Origin: Candidatus Delongbacteria bacterium
GTDB lineage: Bacteria > CAIWAD01
Direction: 5' to 3'
DNA: 64,000 nt
NCBI GenBank assembly: GCA_963663545.1
Contig: OY760505.1
Span: 873,185 to 937,184 of the forward strand
The notes below the pieces were generated by a model. It saw nothing but the letters and a program-made list of their open reading frames with translations, searched no databases and had not been told where the DNA came from. A program made the position numbers and the translations under genes. Of this stretch, positions 10,437 to 22,083 are shown one piece after another (position 1 is the first letter of the stretch; each line of letters opens with the position of its first letter).

Positions 10437-12773
10437 ATGAAAAAAAGATTTGTTGTCTCTTTGACCGCACTGCTGACACTCAGTGCTGTAGCACAAGCAA
10501 ATACCGGAACACTAGCCGACTATCTCTACCTGACAAATGCAGAAGTATCACCCGAGGGTGAAACAGCTACCTTCCTGCCAGAGAGCTTTCAGGCAGGACA
10601 CACGCATACAAACGGCCAATTCAGCGTAACTGCTGATGATCTGCCTAGGGCCGGAGGCCTTGTCAGCAGCCAGTCCACGGAGATCGCCAATCTGTCTCCG
10701 CAGCAATACCCGGAGGTCTTCCCGGGCGGTCTGGTACTGGGTGCCGAAGGAGTGAGCTTCGACATCTCCGGTTCCCTTCAGCGAATGCGCACCGCAGTCC
10801 AGCCGGAACACCATTTCTCAGGCTATGCAGTTCTGGAAGGGGAGACACTGGCCGTCAGCACCTATCTCAAGTTCAAAGATGGTGATTACTATGTGGCCCA
10901 ATACCTGGCGAATTGTGTCACAGCAGAACTGGATGCCAATGGCAACCCGACCGGCATCTATGACACACTGTATGTGACACCTGGTGATGCGTACTGGAGC
11001 CTGAGGCCGCTTCCTTCCGTCCCGAATGAAGAGGTGATTGTTGTAGAGGGCGTTTGTCGCCTGGAAGGCCGGGTGATGGGCAGGGTAACTGTGCTTTCAG
11101 CCGACACACTGTTCATCATGGATGATGTTTACACGGCGGATGCAAATGTTTGTGCCAATTACGGTACAGAAGACCTCTATGGCATAGTTCCCTGTGGTTC
11201 CAGCAACTGCATCGGCCTGGTGAGTGAGCGGGATGTCGTTATTGCCGCCACACCTGCCAACGGTGCCTGGAACGGCAACGGTGTTTCGGTCAACAGATGT
11301 ACAGCCGTGATGGGCCCCGCCTATACCGGTGGACCTGCATGCGGCGACATTACAGATGTCACGAGTTTCTCCCAGCGAAACAAGGATGTCATTATCACTG
11401 CGGCCATCATCGCCCTGGGTTGCAGCTTCGAAGCAGAGTTCTGGCACACCTCGGCCACCGCATCCCCCTTGCCGGAGAGCGAAGGCAGCGGCCAGGGTAC
11501 ACAGAATCCGGCGATCTGCGGTTGTGAGGGCTTCTACGATTCGCACATCGCCTATTGGCCCTGCTACGGTGATGAATCCGTCCAGGACAATCGCGGGTGC
11601 ATCTGGATGGATGGGTCGCTGATCCAGATGACAAAGGGATACACCTGGCGGCCTGCCGGTGGTCCCTGGGGCCCGTGTGACATCGGCTACTGGCACTTCT
11701 TCCTGCGCTACGACCGCAATCTTGGACACCGGGCGCCACCGATGTGGCCCGTCAGCGCTTCCACGTTGAACTACGAGCTGGTGCTTCCCGCCAACATTGC
11801 AGCGGTGGACACTCTCTCACCTTGGAAACTGCATACCTTCACCGGCAATGGGTCAGTTGGCGTAATACTGCAAACCGGTCTTCCAAACAACACACTGCCG
11901 GAGACATTCTCACTCTACACGATTAACCACTACGGTGACTTTCATCTCATCAACGACAATTGTGTGATACAGCCGGCACCTTTCGAAATCACCCTACCGG
12001 ATTCGAGCACCGCCGTCTACTTCCCCTTCCCCGGATCCGAATACTGGGAAGGCTGCTCACCCGGTTCAACCATCCACTTCGAATTGGGTCCCGGCGCGTG
12101 GAATGAAGACGGCTGCAACAGTCACTGGACTCTGCAGGCCGGGCCCGTGGCAGCAGAAGCGGAGACCCTGGGCGTTACTGAAGGTGTACAGCCCGTCTTC
12201 AGCGAGTTCGTTCAGCAGTGGAATTCCACTACAAGCCGCCTTCGTATCACAGAGCGCGCCGATCTTGTGCTACTGGCGCGATTGGTTGACGGCGAAGGAG
12301 AGATTCTGGCCGAGAGCGAGTTCAGCAACAATCTCTTCGAGCTGCCAGCGCTGGACGCTGCACTCTTCAGCGATGATGATGCCTACGAGATTCACGTGGA
12401 AGTCTACGCTCCCTGGTCTGATCAGACCTGGAGTTCCGCAGGCAGCATCAGCTGGTGGTACAACCCCGACACTGCTGTATCACCCAATGAACTGCCGCAG
12501 GAGCTCAGCCTGCGCGCCTTCCCCAATCCCTTCAATCCGCGTACTACAATTGAGTTGGCGCTGCCGGTGGCGGGCGAGGTGCGCGTGGAGCTTTTCGACC
12601 TTGCGGGCCGCAGCGTGCGCGTGATACGACGGGGCGAAATGGCTGCAGGTCTGTATCACATTCCTGTGGACGGACAGAACCTTGCCAGCGGTTTGTATCT
12701 GCTGCGCGTCGAGGCGCCGGATGCAGCCGGGCAGCGTCAGCAACAGGTGCAAAAGCTACTGCTGGTGAGGTAG
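10437..12773 (+). CDS. secreted T9SS-CTD protein; paralog 3 of 3
   Basis: 778 aa, signal peptide MKKRFVVSLTALLTLSAVAQANTG. Its C-terminal ~215 aa are near-identical to paralog 1. Confidence 0.85.
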   Translation: MKKRFVVSLTALLTLSAVAQANTGTLADYLYLTNAEVSPEGETATFLPESFQAGHTHTNGQFSVTADDLPRAGGLVSSQSTEIANLSPQQYPEVFPGGLVLGAEGVSFDISGSLQRMRTAVQPEHHFSGYAVLEGETLAVSTYLKFKDGDYYVAQYLANCVTAELDANGNPTGIYDTLYVTPGDAYWSLRPLPSVPNEEVIVVEGVCRLEGRVMGRVTVLSADTLFIMDDVYTADANVCANYGTEDLYGIVPCGSSNCIGLVSERDVVIAATPANGAWNGNGVSVNRCTAVMGPAYTGGPACGDITDVTSFSQRNKDVIITAAIIALGCSFEAEFWHTSATASPLPESEGSGQGTQNPAICGCEGFYDSHIAYWPCYGDESVQDNRGCIWMDGSLIQMTKGYTWRPAGGPWGPCDIGYWHFFLRYDRNLGHRAPPMWPVSASTLNYELVLPANIAAVDTLSPWKLHTFTGNGSVGVILQTGLPNNTLPETFSLYTINHYGDFHLINDNCVIQPAPFEITLPDSSTAVYFPFPGSEYWEGCSPGSTIHFELGPGAWNEDGCNSHWTLQAGPVAAEAETLGVTEGVQPVFSEFVQQWNSTTSRLRITERADLVLLARLVDGEGEILAESEFSNNLFELPALDAALFSDDDAYEIHVEVYAPWSDQTWSSAGSISWWYNPDTAVSPNELPQELSLRAFPNPFNPRTTIELALPVAGEVRVELFDLAGRSVRVIRRGEMAAGLYHIPVDGQNLASGLYLLRVEAPDAAGQRQQQVQKLLLVR
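12421..12773 (+). repeat. direct repeat copy 3 (3' end of paralog 3)
   Basis: Nucleotide-level near-identity with 7441-7778. The longer homology with paralog 1 begins near 12112 and 7117. Confidence 0.85.
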
Positions 12774-12859
12774 GTCACTCCAGCACTCTGCTCGTACAGA
12801 CTTGCTGGCCAATAGTGCATCCATTGCACTAAGCAGAAACTGTGTATTAAGTGGCTATA

Positions 12860-13420
12860 CTACTCGCCAAATGTATTCTTAAGCTTCTGATAGATCTCTC
12901 TTTGAACTGCTCTACTGCAGCGCCGGATACGAGCTAAAAGAGATTTTGCATCCTCAGACAAAGGCGTAGAGTTAGCTTTGCCTTGGTTGCATGCTGAGCA
13001 TACTACTTGAAGGTTCTCACGCTTATTGCTTCCACCCTGTTCAATTGGGACTCTATGATCAATCACTAGCCGCACATTGCGTGAAGGATCCAACGGGTCT
13101 TTGTCGTCTTTCCCATTGCCACAAATTTGACAGGTAAAGCCATTTCGCTCTAAAATCTCCGCTCTAAGAGAAGCCGAAACGTTTCGTGATACAGCAGGAA
13201 GTCGTTCTTTGGATATAAGTATATACTCGCCAGGTTTAAGATCAGCCCGATCTTTGTGAGTATATATTTGGTACCCCATTTCGTTTCGTAATTCACGTAC
13301 CCTACGTGCCCATTCGCTAACACCAGCGACTTCGCGGAGTTGTTCGGAATCGACCACCACACCAAGGTGTTCAAGGAAAAACTTCTCAAGTCTCCACTTC
13401 GCGCCTTGCTTGACTGACAT
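12860..13420 (-). CDS. HNH endonuclease, putative restriction component
   Basis: 186 aa. C-terminal HNH motif …CQICGNGKDDKDPLDPSRNVRLVIDHRVPIEQGGSNKRENLQVVCSACN…. Sits immediately downstream of a C5-MTase in a region of reduced GC. Confidence 0.65.
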   Translation of the reverse strand: MSVKQGAKWRLEKFFLEHLGVVVDSEQLREVAGVSEWARRVRELRNEMGYQIYTHKDRADLKPGEYILISKERLPAVSRNVSASLRAEILERNGFTCQICGNGKDDKDPLDPSRNVRLVIDHRVPIEQGGSNKRENLQVVCSACNQGKANSTPLSEDAKSLLARIRRCSRAVQREIYQKLKNTFGE

Positions 13421-13451
13421 CCATCCTCCGTGTACTCACTATCTTGTGACA

Positions 13452-14624
13452 TCATCTCCGACAAGATTCTAGCAAAGCTGTAATGCAATCTGCTACGTGT
13501 GCGGCCAGAACTGGAGGCACTGCATTCCCAATCTGCTTGGCTATCTCAATCTTTGTCCCTTTGAATTCAAACCAATCGGGAAAAGACTGAAATCTCGCTG
13601 CCTCACGCATTGTAATTGGTCTATGCTCACTTGGATGCAGATATCTACCCTTCTCTGGCTTGTAGAACTCGGTTCGGATTGTGACAGCTGGACGATCCCA
13701 CCACAAACGACCAAACAGGTCCGTTCCGCCACTCTTCTTTCGGATCCAGCAGCTAGGAGTCAAGTGTGGAGCCAGTTGCTGGAGATCAAACCGATTCATA
13801 CCCTCATCAGGAATCGCCTGATACCGTGCCAGACTCTTCGCGGTTGGATTTCTACCAAAGTGAAGGTTAAGCGGTGCTGGCTCATCTCTGACTTCTGTCC
13901 CAACTGGCTTGAGTGGTAGATCACGAATCGCATCTCGCACAGTTCGCCACGTCTCTGGATGATCTACATACTGCGACTGAAACAAAGTACTACTGGTTTG
14001 GAAGCCGTTTCTTGCATTGTAGAACCTACGCATGGGTGGGAAGAACTCGCGCGGGTCACCAACGCGGCTGCCCAAAATGAAAGCACGTGATCGTGTCTGT
14101 GGAACACCATAGTCTGCTGCACAGAGCTTCTCAGAATGTGTCACAAAGCCTATCTGTTCCGCATAACCGACAATTTCCCGATGCTCTTCGGAAGCAAGAA
14201 TTTGGGGTACATTTTCTATCAGAAATACTCGAGCTCCAGATCGCTCCACGATTTCCATAAAGGGGCGCCATAGCGTCTTTCGCGGATCATTTTCACGATT
14301 CTTGTTTAGTAGCGAGAAGCCCTGACAGGGTGGTCCACCAATCACAACATCAGCTCTCGGGATCTCCACCCCAGAGGCAAGAATCTCGAGGATATCCCCA
14401 GCAACACAATGAGTACCGAAATTGGCTGAATAAGTCTCGGCGGCTAACTCGCTACTATCATTAGCCCATACTGATTTAAAGTTGTGGCCAAGTCTTGGAT
14501 CAAAGCCAAGAGTTAATCCTCCTGCTCCAGCAAACAAATCAATAAGTGTATATGGTGTTTTTCGCCCTGTGGTTGGCTGACCTTGTAGCCGCCTTTGGGT
14601 AATCTCTTGAGAAGTAGTCTTCAT
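13452..14624 (-). CDS. DNA (cytosine-5)-methyltransferase
   Basis: Motif I (LIDLFAGAGGLTLGF), motif IV (GGPPCQGFS) and ENV motif (FLIENVP). Start set at MKTTSQ (ATG 14624, GGAG upstream). Local GC is lower than the flanks. Confidence 0.85.
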   Translation of the reverse strand: MKTTSQEITQRRLQGQPTTGRKTPYTLIDLFAGAGGLTLGFDPRLGHNFKSVWANDSSELAAETYSANFGTHCVAGDILEILASGVEIPRADVVIGGPPCQGFSLLNKNRENDPRKTLWRPFMEIVERSGARVFLIENVPQILASEEHREIVGYAEQIGFVTHSEKLCAADYGVPQTRSRAFILGSRVGDPREFFPPMRRFYNARNGFQTSSTLFQSQYVDHPETWRTVRDAIRDLPLKPVGTEVRDEPAPLNLHFGRNPTAKSLARYQAIPDEGMNRFDLQQLAPHLTPSCWIRKKSGGTDLFGRLWWDRPAVTIRTEFYKPEKGRYLHPSEHRPITMREAARFQSFPDWFEFKGTKIEIAKQIGNAVPPVLAAHVADCITALLESCRR

Positions 14625-15592
14625 TGCTCCGCTCATACTTTGACGAAATAATAGCGTGCCCCTGAGACATCCTAGGAAAGCTGACATACCGTCGGATAAT
14701 TCAAGCGCCTATGAGATTGGAGTCCCAGCCAAGCGGAACAGCCGGATGGTCAGTTTAACAAATCGGGATCAATCTCTTCCGAAGACTACTGCTGGATCTC
14801 GTGTCCTAGCTAGGCGTCCAGTCACACGCAAACAAGCTGGTGTGTCACACGGGGAATCAGTCGCTCCTTTGGCTGATTTCGCTACTAGTAGTATTCGCAA
14901 CCTTCGTATGACAACCGATTGAAGACCTCGCGTACACGCGCCTTCCTTTGGTGGGAAATTGTGGAATGGGTGGCTTCTTTCATGCTCTTCCAGAAGTGTT
15001 GGTGCAAGCTGGGGACCTCGCTCTTTGATGTTTCACAGTGTGCTCACCTAGTCTGACCCAGGATATAGGGGTGCTCATCATTTCTGGCCGAGTTACTCAC
15101 GTTATTGTGCTTGTGATCCGCCCCAACACCTGCGCCTCAAGGCCATTCGCCAAAGGCGGAACACACATAGACAGAAGGCTCGCAATCTCATCCATGGCGA
15201 TGTTGCAGTCCTTGGGGGCGAGACTTCGTCTCAACCACTTTACGCACGACGTTGTCGAGGGACAAGTAGTCGGGATGGATTTCTTCGGTATCGAAATTGG
15301 CAAGTCACTTCGATTCACTTTCATCATTGGTCAAGAATCACTTCCGCCCATCTCCCAAACAATCGCCCCCGAAAATCATCATCTGGCTTCGGGGGTTCTC
15401 TTTCCCTTCGCGCCCATCGCCCGCTAAATCTAACACCGCTCTTCTTCAGTGCCTCTGTATTCTATAGCACCATCAACGACTTACAAGCGCTTCTGTTGAC
15501 TCCCACGGCCTGGTCCAACTTGCGAATTCAGTCATTTTGTTCTATCCTATCAATCATTCCTGTTGAAATCATTTCGAAGCAAAGAATCCAAA

Positions 15593-16150
15593 ATGCCCAC
15601 CCAAAAATCCATGAATGAGCCGGCACCGCTCGCGGACGAGGTTTTCTTTGAGACCTGCGGCATTCGCGTACTCACCGCGCTACGGCGCATCATTCGCGCT
15701 GTGGACCTGCACTCGCGCAAGCTAAACGGCGATTACCAGATCACGGCACCGCAGATGATCTGCCTCTACAGCCTGGCGCGTCACGGCGAGATGACCCAAA
15801 TCGCGTTGGCCAAGCAGGTCAGCCTGAGCGCCAGCACGGTCAACGGCATCATCGACCGGCTGGAAAAACGCGCCTACGTCCAGCGCAGACGTTGCGACCA
15901 GGATCGTCGCCGCGTTTACGTCAGCATTAGTGAAAGCGGCCGCGAGTTGACTCAGTCTGCGCCCGCGCTGCTGCAGGACAAACTGGCCGCCGCACTGCGC
16001 CGTCTGCCGGAGCTGGAGCAATTCGCCATTGCCACCTCCCTGGAACGCGTGGTGGAGCTGATGAGCGCGTCCGAACTGGACGCCTCGCCCAACCTGCTGC
16101 CGAACGCCGCCATTGAAGAAGCTGGCGCGGCAAACCAAAAGGAACTGTAA
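15593..16150 (+). CDS. MarR-family transcriptional regulator
   Basis: Winged-helix MarR signature …[61 protein letters not shown]…. Exact start uncertain: the table ORF begins at a TTG at 15563. Confidence 0.7.
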   Translation: MPTQKSMNEPAPLADEVFFETCGIRVLTALRRIIRAVDLHSRKLNGDYQITAPQMICLYSLARHGEMTQIALAKQVSLSASTVNGIIDRLEKRAYVQRRRCDQDRRRVYVSISESGRELTQSAPALLQDKLAAALRRLPELEQFAIATSLERVVELMSASELDASPNLLPNAAIEEAGAANQKEL

Positions 16151-16151
16151 C

Positions 16152-17456
16152 ATGACCCTGTCTCCCCGTCAGGAGCGGATTTACCAAGAGCTGGAGCATT
16201 CCGAGAACCACAGCAAATGGCGCGACTGGAAATGGCAGCTGCGCAATGAAATCCGTGACCTGGATACCGCAGAGCGTCTATTGGGTGTGACCTTCGATCC
16301 TGAGTTGCGCGAGCAATTCTCACGCACCATCGAAGCCTTCCCCTTTGCGGTGACGCCCTACTACCTGTCGCTGATCAATACCGACGACTACCTGAATGAC
16401 CCGGTCTTTCGCCAGTCCTTCCCTTCGCCGAAAGAGCTGGTGGTGGAGCCTACGGACATGGCGGACCCGCTGCACGAGGATCGCGACAGCCCGGTGCCCG
16501 GCCTGACCCACCGCTACCCTGACCGCGTGCTGCTGCTGGTAAGCAACATGTGTTCGATGTACTGTCGCCATTGCACGCGCAAGCGCCAAGTGGGCGACAA
16601 GGATTCGATTCCGGGCAAGGAGCAGATTCTGCAGGGCATCGAGTACATCCGTAACACGCCGCAGATTCGCGATGTGCTGCTCTCGGGTGGTGATCCGCTG
16701 ATGCTCAGCGACAATCAGATCGACTGGATTCTGACGGAACTGCGCACGATTCCGCACGTCGAAGTGATACGTATCGGTTCCCGCATGCCGGTGGTGCTGC
16801 CCTATCGTATCACGGACGAATTGGTGCAGGTGCTACGCAAGCATCAGCCCGTGTGGTTCAACACGCACTTCAATCATCCGCGCGAACTGACGCAATCTTC
16901 GCGCAAGGCGCTGGCCAAGCTGGCCGACGGCGGCATTCCCTTGGGCAACCAGTCGGTGCTGCTGGCGGGCGTCAACGACTGCCCGCGCATCATGCGCTCG
17001 CTGGTGCAAAAGTTGGTCTACAACCGCGTGCGCCCCTATTACCTCTATCAGTGCGACCAGTCGCGCGGCCTCTCGCACTTCCGCACGCCGGTGGGCAAGG
17101 GCATTGAGATCCTGGAGAGCCTGATCGGCCACACCAGCGGCTTCTGCGTGCCCACCTACGTCATCGACGCGCCGGGCGGCGGCGGTAAAATTCCCGTGAT
17201 GCCCAACTACCTGATCTCCTGGTCCACCAACAAAGTTGTGTTACGCAACTACGAAGGCGTCATTTGCACCTACAAGGAGCCCGACTCCTACGAGCCCACC
17301 TTCTGTGACCGCCACTGTGATCGCTGCGAGCTGCAGCTGGGCCTCGAGGACGCCGACGAGCAGAAATCCCTGGGCATCGAAAAGCTGCTGGCCGACTACG
17401 ACAAGACCATCTCACTAGTACCGCAGGACAACGAACGCTACAGCCGCAGGGAGTAA
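16152..17456 (+). CDS. ablA: lysine 2,3-aminomutase (radical SAM, PLP)
   Basis: Strong similarity along the whole length to KamA/AblA. It has …[35 protein letters not shown]… with the CxxxCxxC motif, and …[17 protein letters not shown]…. ATG 16152 follows AAGGAA and lies 1 nt after the marR stop. Confidence 0.9.
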   Translation: MTLSPRQERIYQELEHSENHSKWRDWKWQLRNEIRDLDTAERLLGVTFDPELREQFSRTIEAFPFAVTPYYLSLINTDDYLNDPVFRQSFPSPKELVVEPTDMADPLHEDRDSPVPGLTHRYPDRVLLLVSNMCSMYCRHCTRKRQVGDKDSIPGKEQILQGIEYIRNTPQIRDVLLSGGDPLMLSDNQIDWILTELRTIPHVEVIRIGSRMPVVLPYRITDELVQVLRKHQPVWFNTHFNHPRELTQSSRKALAKLADGGIPLGNQSVLLAGVNDCPRIMRSLVQKLVYNRVRPYYLYQCDQSRGLSHFRTPVGKGIEILESLIGHTSGFCVPTYVIDAPGGGGKIPVMPNYLISWSTNKVVLRNYEGVICTYKEPDSYEPTFCDRHCDRCELQLGLEDADEQKSLGIEKLLADYDKTISLVPQDNERYSRRE

Positions 17457-17459
17457 CAC

Positions 17460-18908
17460 GTGCACCCCGTCGACTATTTGATCTTTGGCTTCTACATGGT
17501 GGTGGTCCTTGGCGTCGGCTTCTATTTCTACCGGCGTAACACGGACAGCAAGGACTATTTCATCGGCGGCGGGCGCATGAGTGCCGGCCACGTGGGGCTT
17601 TCCATCGTGGCGACCGATGTGGGCGGCGGCTTCTCCATCGGCCTGGGAGGTGTAGGTTTCACCATGGGGCTGGCAGGAAGCTGGCTGCTCTTCACCGGCC
17701 TGGTGGGCGCCTGGCTTTCTGCCGTGCTTGTGATACCGCGCATCAAAAAGCTGGAACGCGGCCGCACGTTGCTCAGTTACCCGGATTTACTGCGCCTGCG
17801 CTACAAACCCTACGTGGCACTAGCTGCAGCGCTGGTCTCCGGCATCGGCTACTTGGGATTTACTGCGGCCCAGTTGCTGGCGGGTGCCAAGCTCGCTGCG
17901 GGCACGCTTCTGCCCGATGCACAGATTGCGGGTCTCAGTCCGCACGTGCTGGCCTTGCTGATCATTGGCGTGGTCACCATTCTCTACACGGTCTTCGGCG
18001 GCCTGAAAGCGGTGATCTATACCGACACGGTGCAGTGGATCGTGCTGCTGGCGGGATTGATCTTCGTCACCGCACCGGTGGCCCTGTACGAGATCGGCGG
18101 GTTCGCAGCGCTGAAAGCGGCGCTTCCGCCCTCGCACTTCTCACTGACGAACATCGACGCATTGATCTTCATCAACTGGATGCTGACCATTGTTCCCATC
18201 TGGCTGGTAGGCATGACGCTCTATCAGCGCGCTTTTGCCTGTGCCGATGTGAAGACGGCCAAGCGCGCCTGGTACATCGCCGGCATTTTCGAGTACCCGA
18301 TCATGGCGTTCACGGGTGTGTTTCTGGGCATGTGCGCGCGCGTGCTGATGCCGGGCGCAGAAGCCGAAGCGGCGCTGCCGCAGATGATTCACGATGTATT
18401 ACCGCTGGGAGTGGCGGGCATTGTGATTGCCGCCTATTTCTCCGCGATCATGTCGACGGCGGACAGCTGCTTGATGGCGGCATCCGGCAATGTGACAGGA
18501 GACTTGCTGCGCAGATTGCTGCCCGGGTTCGTGACACAAAAACGCGAGATCAAGGTGTCGATGCTGATTACGCTGCTGCTGGGTGTGCTGGCCGTGGCAC
18601 TGGCCGCGCGCTTCACCACGGTGCTGGACGCCATTCTCTACGCCTACGCCTTTATGGTCTCCGGTCTTGTAGCACCAACGCTGGGCGCACTCTTCTGGAA
18701 GCGAGCCAGCTCGACGGGAGCGCTGATCTCCATGATCGGCGGCGGTGGACTCACCCTCTGTCTGCTGTTGAAGCTGTTTCCACTGCCCGAGGCCCTACGT
18801 ATCACGGGCCTGGATTCAGCCGCGTACGGACTTGGTCTGAGCGCAGTTCTCATGGTGGCGGTCTCGCTGCTGTGGCCTGACGCAAGGAAGGAGGAGCAGC
18901 ATGGATAG
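17460..18908 (+). CDS. sodium:solute symporter (SSS family)
   Basis: 482 aa, about 13 TM segments. N-terminal pattern …[35 protein letters not shown]… is typical of SSS transporters. GTG start after AGGGAG. Confidence 0.8.
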   Translation: MHPVDYLIFGFYMVVVLGVGFYFYRRNTDSKDYFIGGGRMSAGHVGLSIVATDVGGGFSIGLGGVGFTMGLAGSWLLFTGLVGAWLSAVLVIPRIKKLERGRTLLSYPDLLRLRYKPYVALAAALVSGIGYLGFTAAQLLAGAKLAAGTLLPDAQIAGLSPHVLALLIIGVVTILYTVFGGLKAVIYTDTVQWIVLLAGLIFVTAPVALYEIGGFAALKAALPPSHFSLTNIDALIFINWMLTIVPIWLVGMTLYQRAFACADVKTAKRAWYIAGIFEYPIMAFTGVFLGMCARVLMPGAEAEAALPQMIHDVLPLGVAGIVIAAYFSAIMSTADSCLMAASGNVTGDLLRRLLPGFVTQKREIKVSMLITLLLGVLAVALAARFTTVLDAILYAYAFMVSGLVAPTLGALFWKRASSTGALISMIGGGGLTLCLLLKLFPLPEALRITGLDSAAYGLGLSAVLMVAVSLLWPDARKEEQHG

Positions 18909-19761
18909 CATTACGACGTATCACGGTGCTACAATTCAGCACGGCGAGCACAGCCAGCGCATTTACCTGATGAAACTGGGTAAAGCCGACATCCACACCC
19001 TACCCGGCGACCTGCTGCAACTCGCCCGGGATAAGGGCTACAGCAAAATCTTCTGCAAACTGCCCGCAGGTCAGGCCATGCAAATGCTGTCGGCGGGTTA
19101 TAAGCGCGAAGCGCTGATTCCCGGCTACTATCGCGGCGAAGAGGACGCCTGGCTGCTGGGGCTTTTTCTCGACGAAAAGCGCGCGCAGGAATCCCACCCG
19201 GTGGAGGTCGAGGCCTCTCTGGAACTGGCCCAGCAGCGCGCGCTGAATCTTGCGCTCGGCAAGGCAGAGTTGAAGCGGGCGATGATCGCTCCGCTGGCAG
19301 CGGACATAAGGCTGACCGCATGTACTCCAGAGGTGTGCGTTGAGATGGCCGCAGTCTACAAAGAGGTCTTTGCCAGCTACCCCTTCCCCATACACGATCC
19401 GGCCTATCTGCGTGATACAATGGCCAGCCACATCTTCTACATGGGCGTGAGACACGAAGACAGGCTGATCGCGTTGGCCTCTGCCGAGATGGACTTGGAC
19501 GCCCGTGCGGTTGAGATGACCGACTTCGCCACGTTACCCGACTGGCGCGGCAGCAGCCTGGCACGGCATCTTTTGCATGCGCTGGAGGCTGCCATGCCGG
19601 AGCGCGGCATAAAGACCGCCTACACCATCGCCCGCGCTGTGTCACCGGGCATGAACATCACCTTCGCCCAGGAAGGCTACAGCTACACGGGTCGCCTGGT
19701 GAGTAACACGCAAATCAGCGGTGGTATTGAAAGCATGAATGTGTGGGTGAAGCGACTCTGA
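18901..19761 (+). CDS. ablB: AblB-like beta-lysine N-acetyltransferase (GNAT)
   Basis: 286 aa with a C-terminal GNAT fold (…[21 protein letters not shown]…). The size and the N-terminal non-GNAT domain match the AblB family. Overlaps the symporter stop (ATGGATAG). Confidence 0.65.
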   Translation: MDSITTYHGATIQHGEHSQRIYLMKLGKADIHTLPGDLLQLARDKGYSKIFCKLPAGQAMQMLSAGYKREALIPGYYRGEEDAWLLGLFLDEKRAQESHPVEVEASLELAQQRALNLALGKAELKRAMIAPLAADIRLTACTPEVCVEMAAVYKEVFASYPFPIHDPAYLRDTMASHIFYMGVRHEDRLIALASAEMDLDARAVEMTDFATLPDWRGSSLARHLLHALEAAMPERGIKTAYTIARAVSPGMNITFAQEGYSYTGRLVSNTQISGGIESMNVWVKRL

Positions 19762-19918
19762 GGCTTAGGGCAACAGCGACCTTAACGAAGCCAGACTTCA
19801 GGATCCCCTGACAACCAAACACGTGTTAGTCGTGTGTCTACGGATGTACCGTAACAGAACCGACCTCAGAACCTTGTTCTGCGAGCTTGCAAGTCAGCTT
19901 GTCCTCACTTGAGCTGGT

Positions 19919-20113
19919 CTAGAATTGTCGATGAATGCGCGTACTGCGATAAGGTTCGGTGTGCAGCGCGTCCGAACCGCAGTAAAGGCAGCGAAAGTGG
20001 CGCCCTGAAATTACGCGACCACAGTCCTCGCAGCGCTGGACGTCCGTCGGGTGCATTTTGCTGTCCAGGGCACCGTCACGCAAGTGAAAGCCCAAGTCCA
20101 GAAATCTGCGCAC
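19919..20113 (-). CDS. small zinc-ribbon protein (two CxxC pairs), hypothetical
   Basis: 64 aa with CEDCGRV…CLYCGSD. Support comes only from the ORF and the motif. Confidence 0.25.
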   Translation of the reverse strand: MRRFLDLGFHLRDGALDSKMHPTDVQRCEDCGRVISGRHFRCLYCGSDALHTEPYRSTRIHRQF

Positions 20114-20223
20114 CCGGCACCTCGACGAAGTCTCGCGTTCTGCGTCTGCCGCAGATCATCACCACTGATCCGTGAGCAATCGTCTAGAATCCACCAAAGT
20201 TAGCTGCGCTTAGAAGTCAGTGG

Positions 20224-21177
<954 letters not shown>

Positions 21178-21189
21178 AATGGAATCCTT

Positions 21190-22083
21190 TCAGGCTATGG
21201 GCGCGATGTAGTAGCGCGGGGAGATACCCTCGATTTCGTGGTGATAATAGAAGCAGACCGGGTCTGCCGCTTGTACGCTTTCGATCATTTTCGGCAGTTC
21301 TTCGCGCGTAATGATGGTGCGCACCATGCAAAATGTATCACCGCTGCGGCCACCCCGCCCCTCGTGTACAGTGTAGGTACGATGGTTATGGCTGCCGGTG
21401 ATGGCCGCCCCCACCGCATCGCGCTGGCTGGTAATGATGGTCAGAAGGGTCAGCTTGAATTTGTGATACAAGGTATTGAGGGTTTCCGCAGAGACAAAAA
21501 TGTAGATACAGGTGTACATAAGGGTGTTGATCACCGACTCAAATCCGCCCGCCTTCAAGTACACCAACAGCAGACCGAAGGCCGTCGACACCACCGCTGC
21601 TACCACCGCAATGCTACCCACAGGCTTCATATACTTCATTGCGAAGTAGGCGGCCAACACATCCTCATCTCCCGTCGAGCCACGCCGTTTGAAGGCAATT
21701 GCCTTGGCTGCACCCGTCAACAGACCGCCGAAGATCACCAGCAGCATGCGTTCATGCTGTGGTTCCGGCGAGGCGAAACTAAGTTCGGGCAGGTAGAGCA
21801 GCAGAACCACAACGGTCACCACCACCAGCAGCGAGTGCAGGGCAAAGGAAGTGCTGACCTTGAAAATGGCGAAGCCTAGCAGCAAGAGATGAAAACAGAG
21901 GTAGAGCAGCAGAAAGAGCCGGTAACTCGAGAAGTAGTACGAAAGCGCCGTAGCAATGCCCTCGCTACCTGTCAGGATCACCTTGGCCGGCAGCACGAAG
22001 TACTTCAGCGCCAGCGCGTAGAGCAGGCCGGCGAAGAGCAGCAGCACAAAATCGAGCAGACGGCGACCAATGATAGATAGCAT
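21190..22083 (-). CDS. YitT-family membrane protein (DUF161/DUF2179)
   Basis: N-terminal multi-TM domain plus a C-terminal DUF2179-like soluble domain (…TVHEGRGGRSGDTFCMVRTIITREELPKMIESVQAADP…). Confidence 0.7.
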   Translation of the reverse strand: MLSIIGRRLLDFVLLLFAGLLYALALKYFVLPAKVILTGSEGIATALSYYFSSYRLFLLLYLCFHLLLLGFAIFKVSTSFALHSLLVVVTVVVLLLYLPELSFASPEPQHERMLLVIFGGLLTGAAKAIAFKRRGSTGDEDVLAAYFAMKYMKPVGSIAVVAAVVSTAFGLLLVYLKAGGFESVINTLMYTCIYIFVSAETLNTLYHKFKLTLLTIITSQRDAVGAAITGSHNHRTYTVHEGRGGRSGDTFCMVRTIITREELPKMIESVQAADPVCFYYHHEIEGISPRYYIAPIA

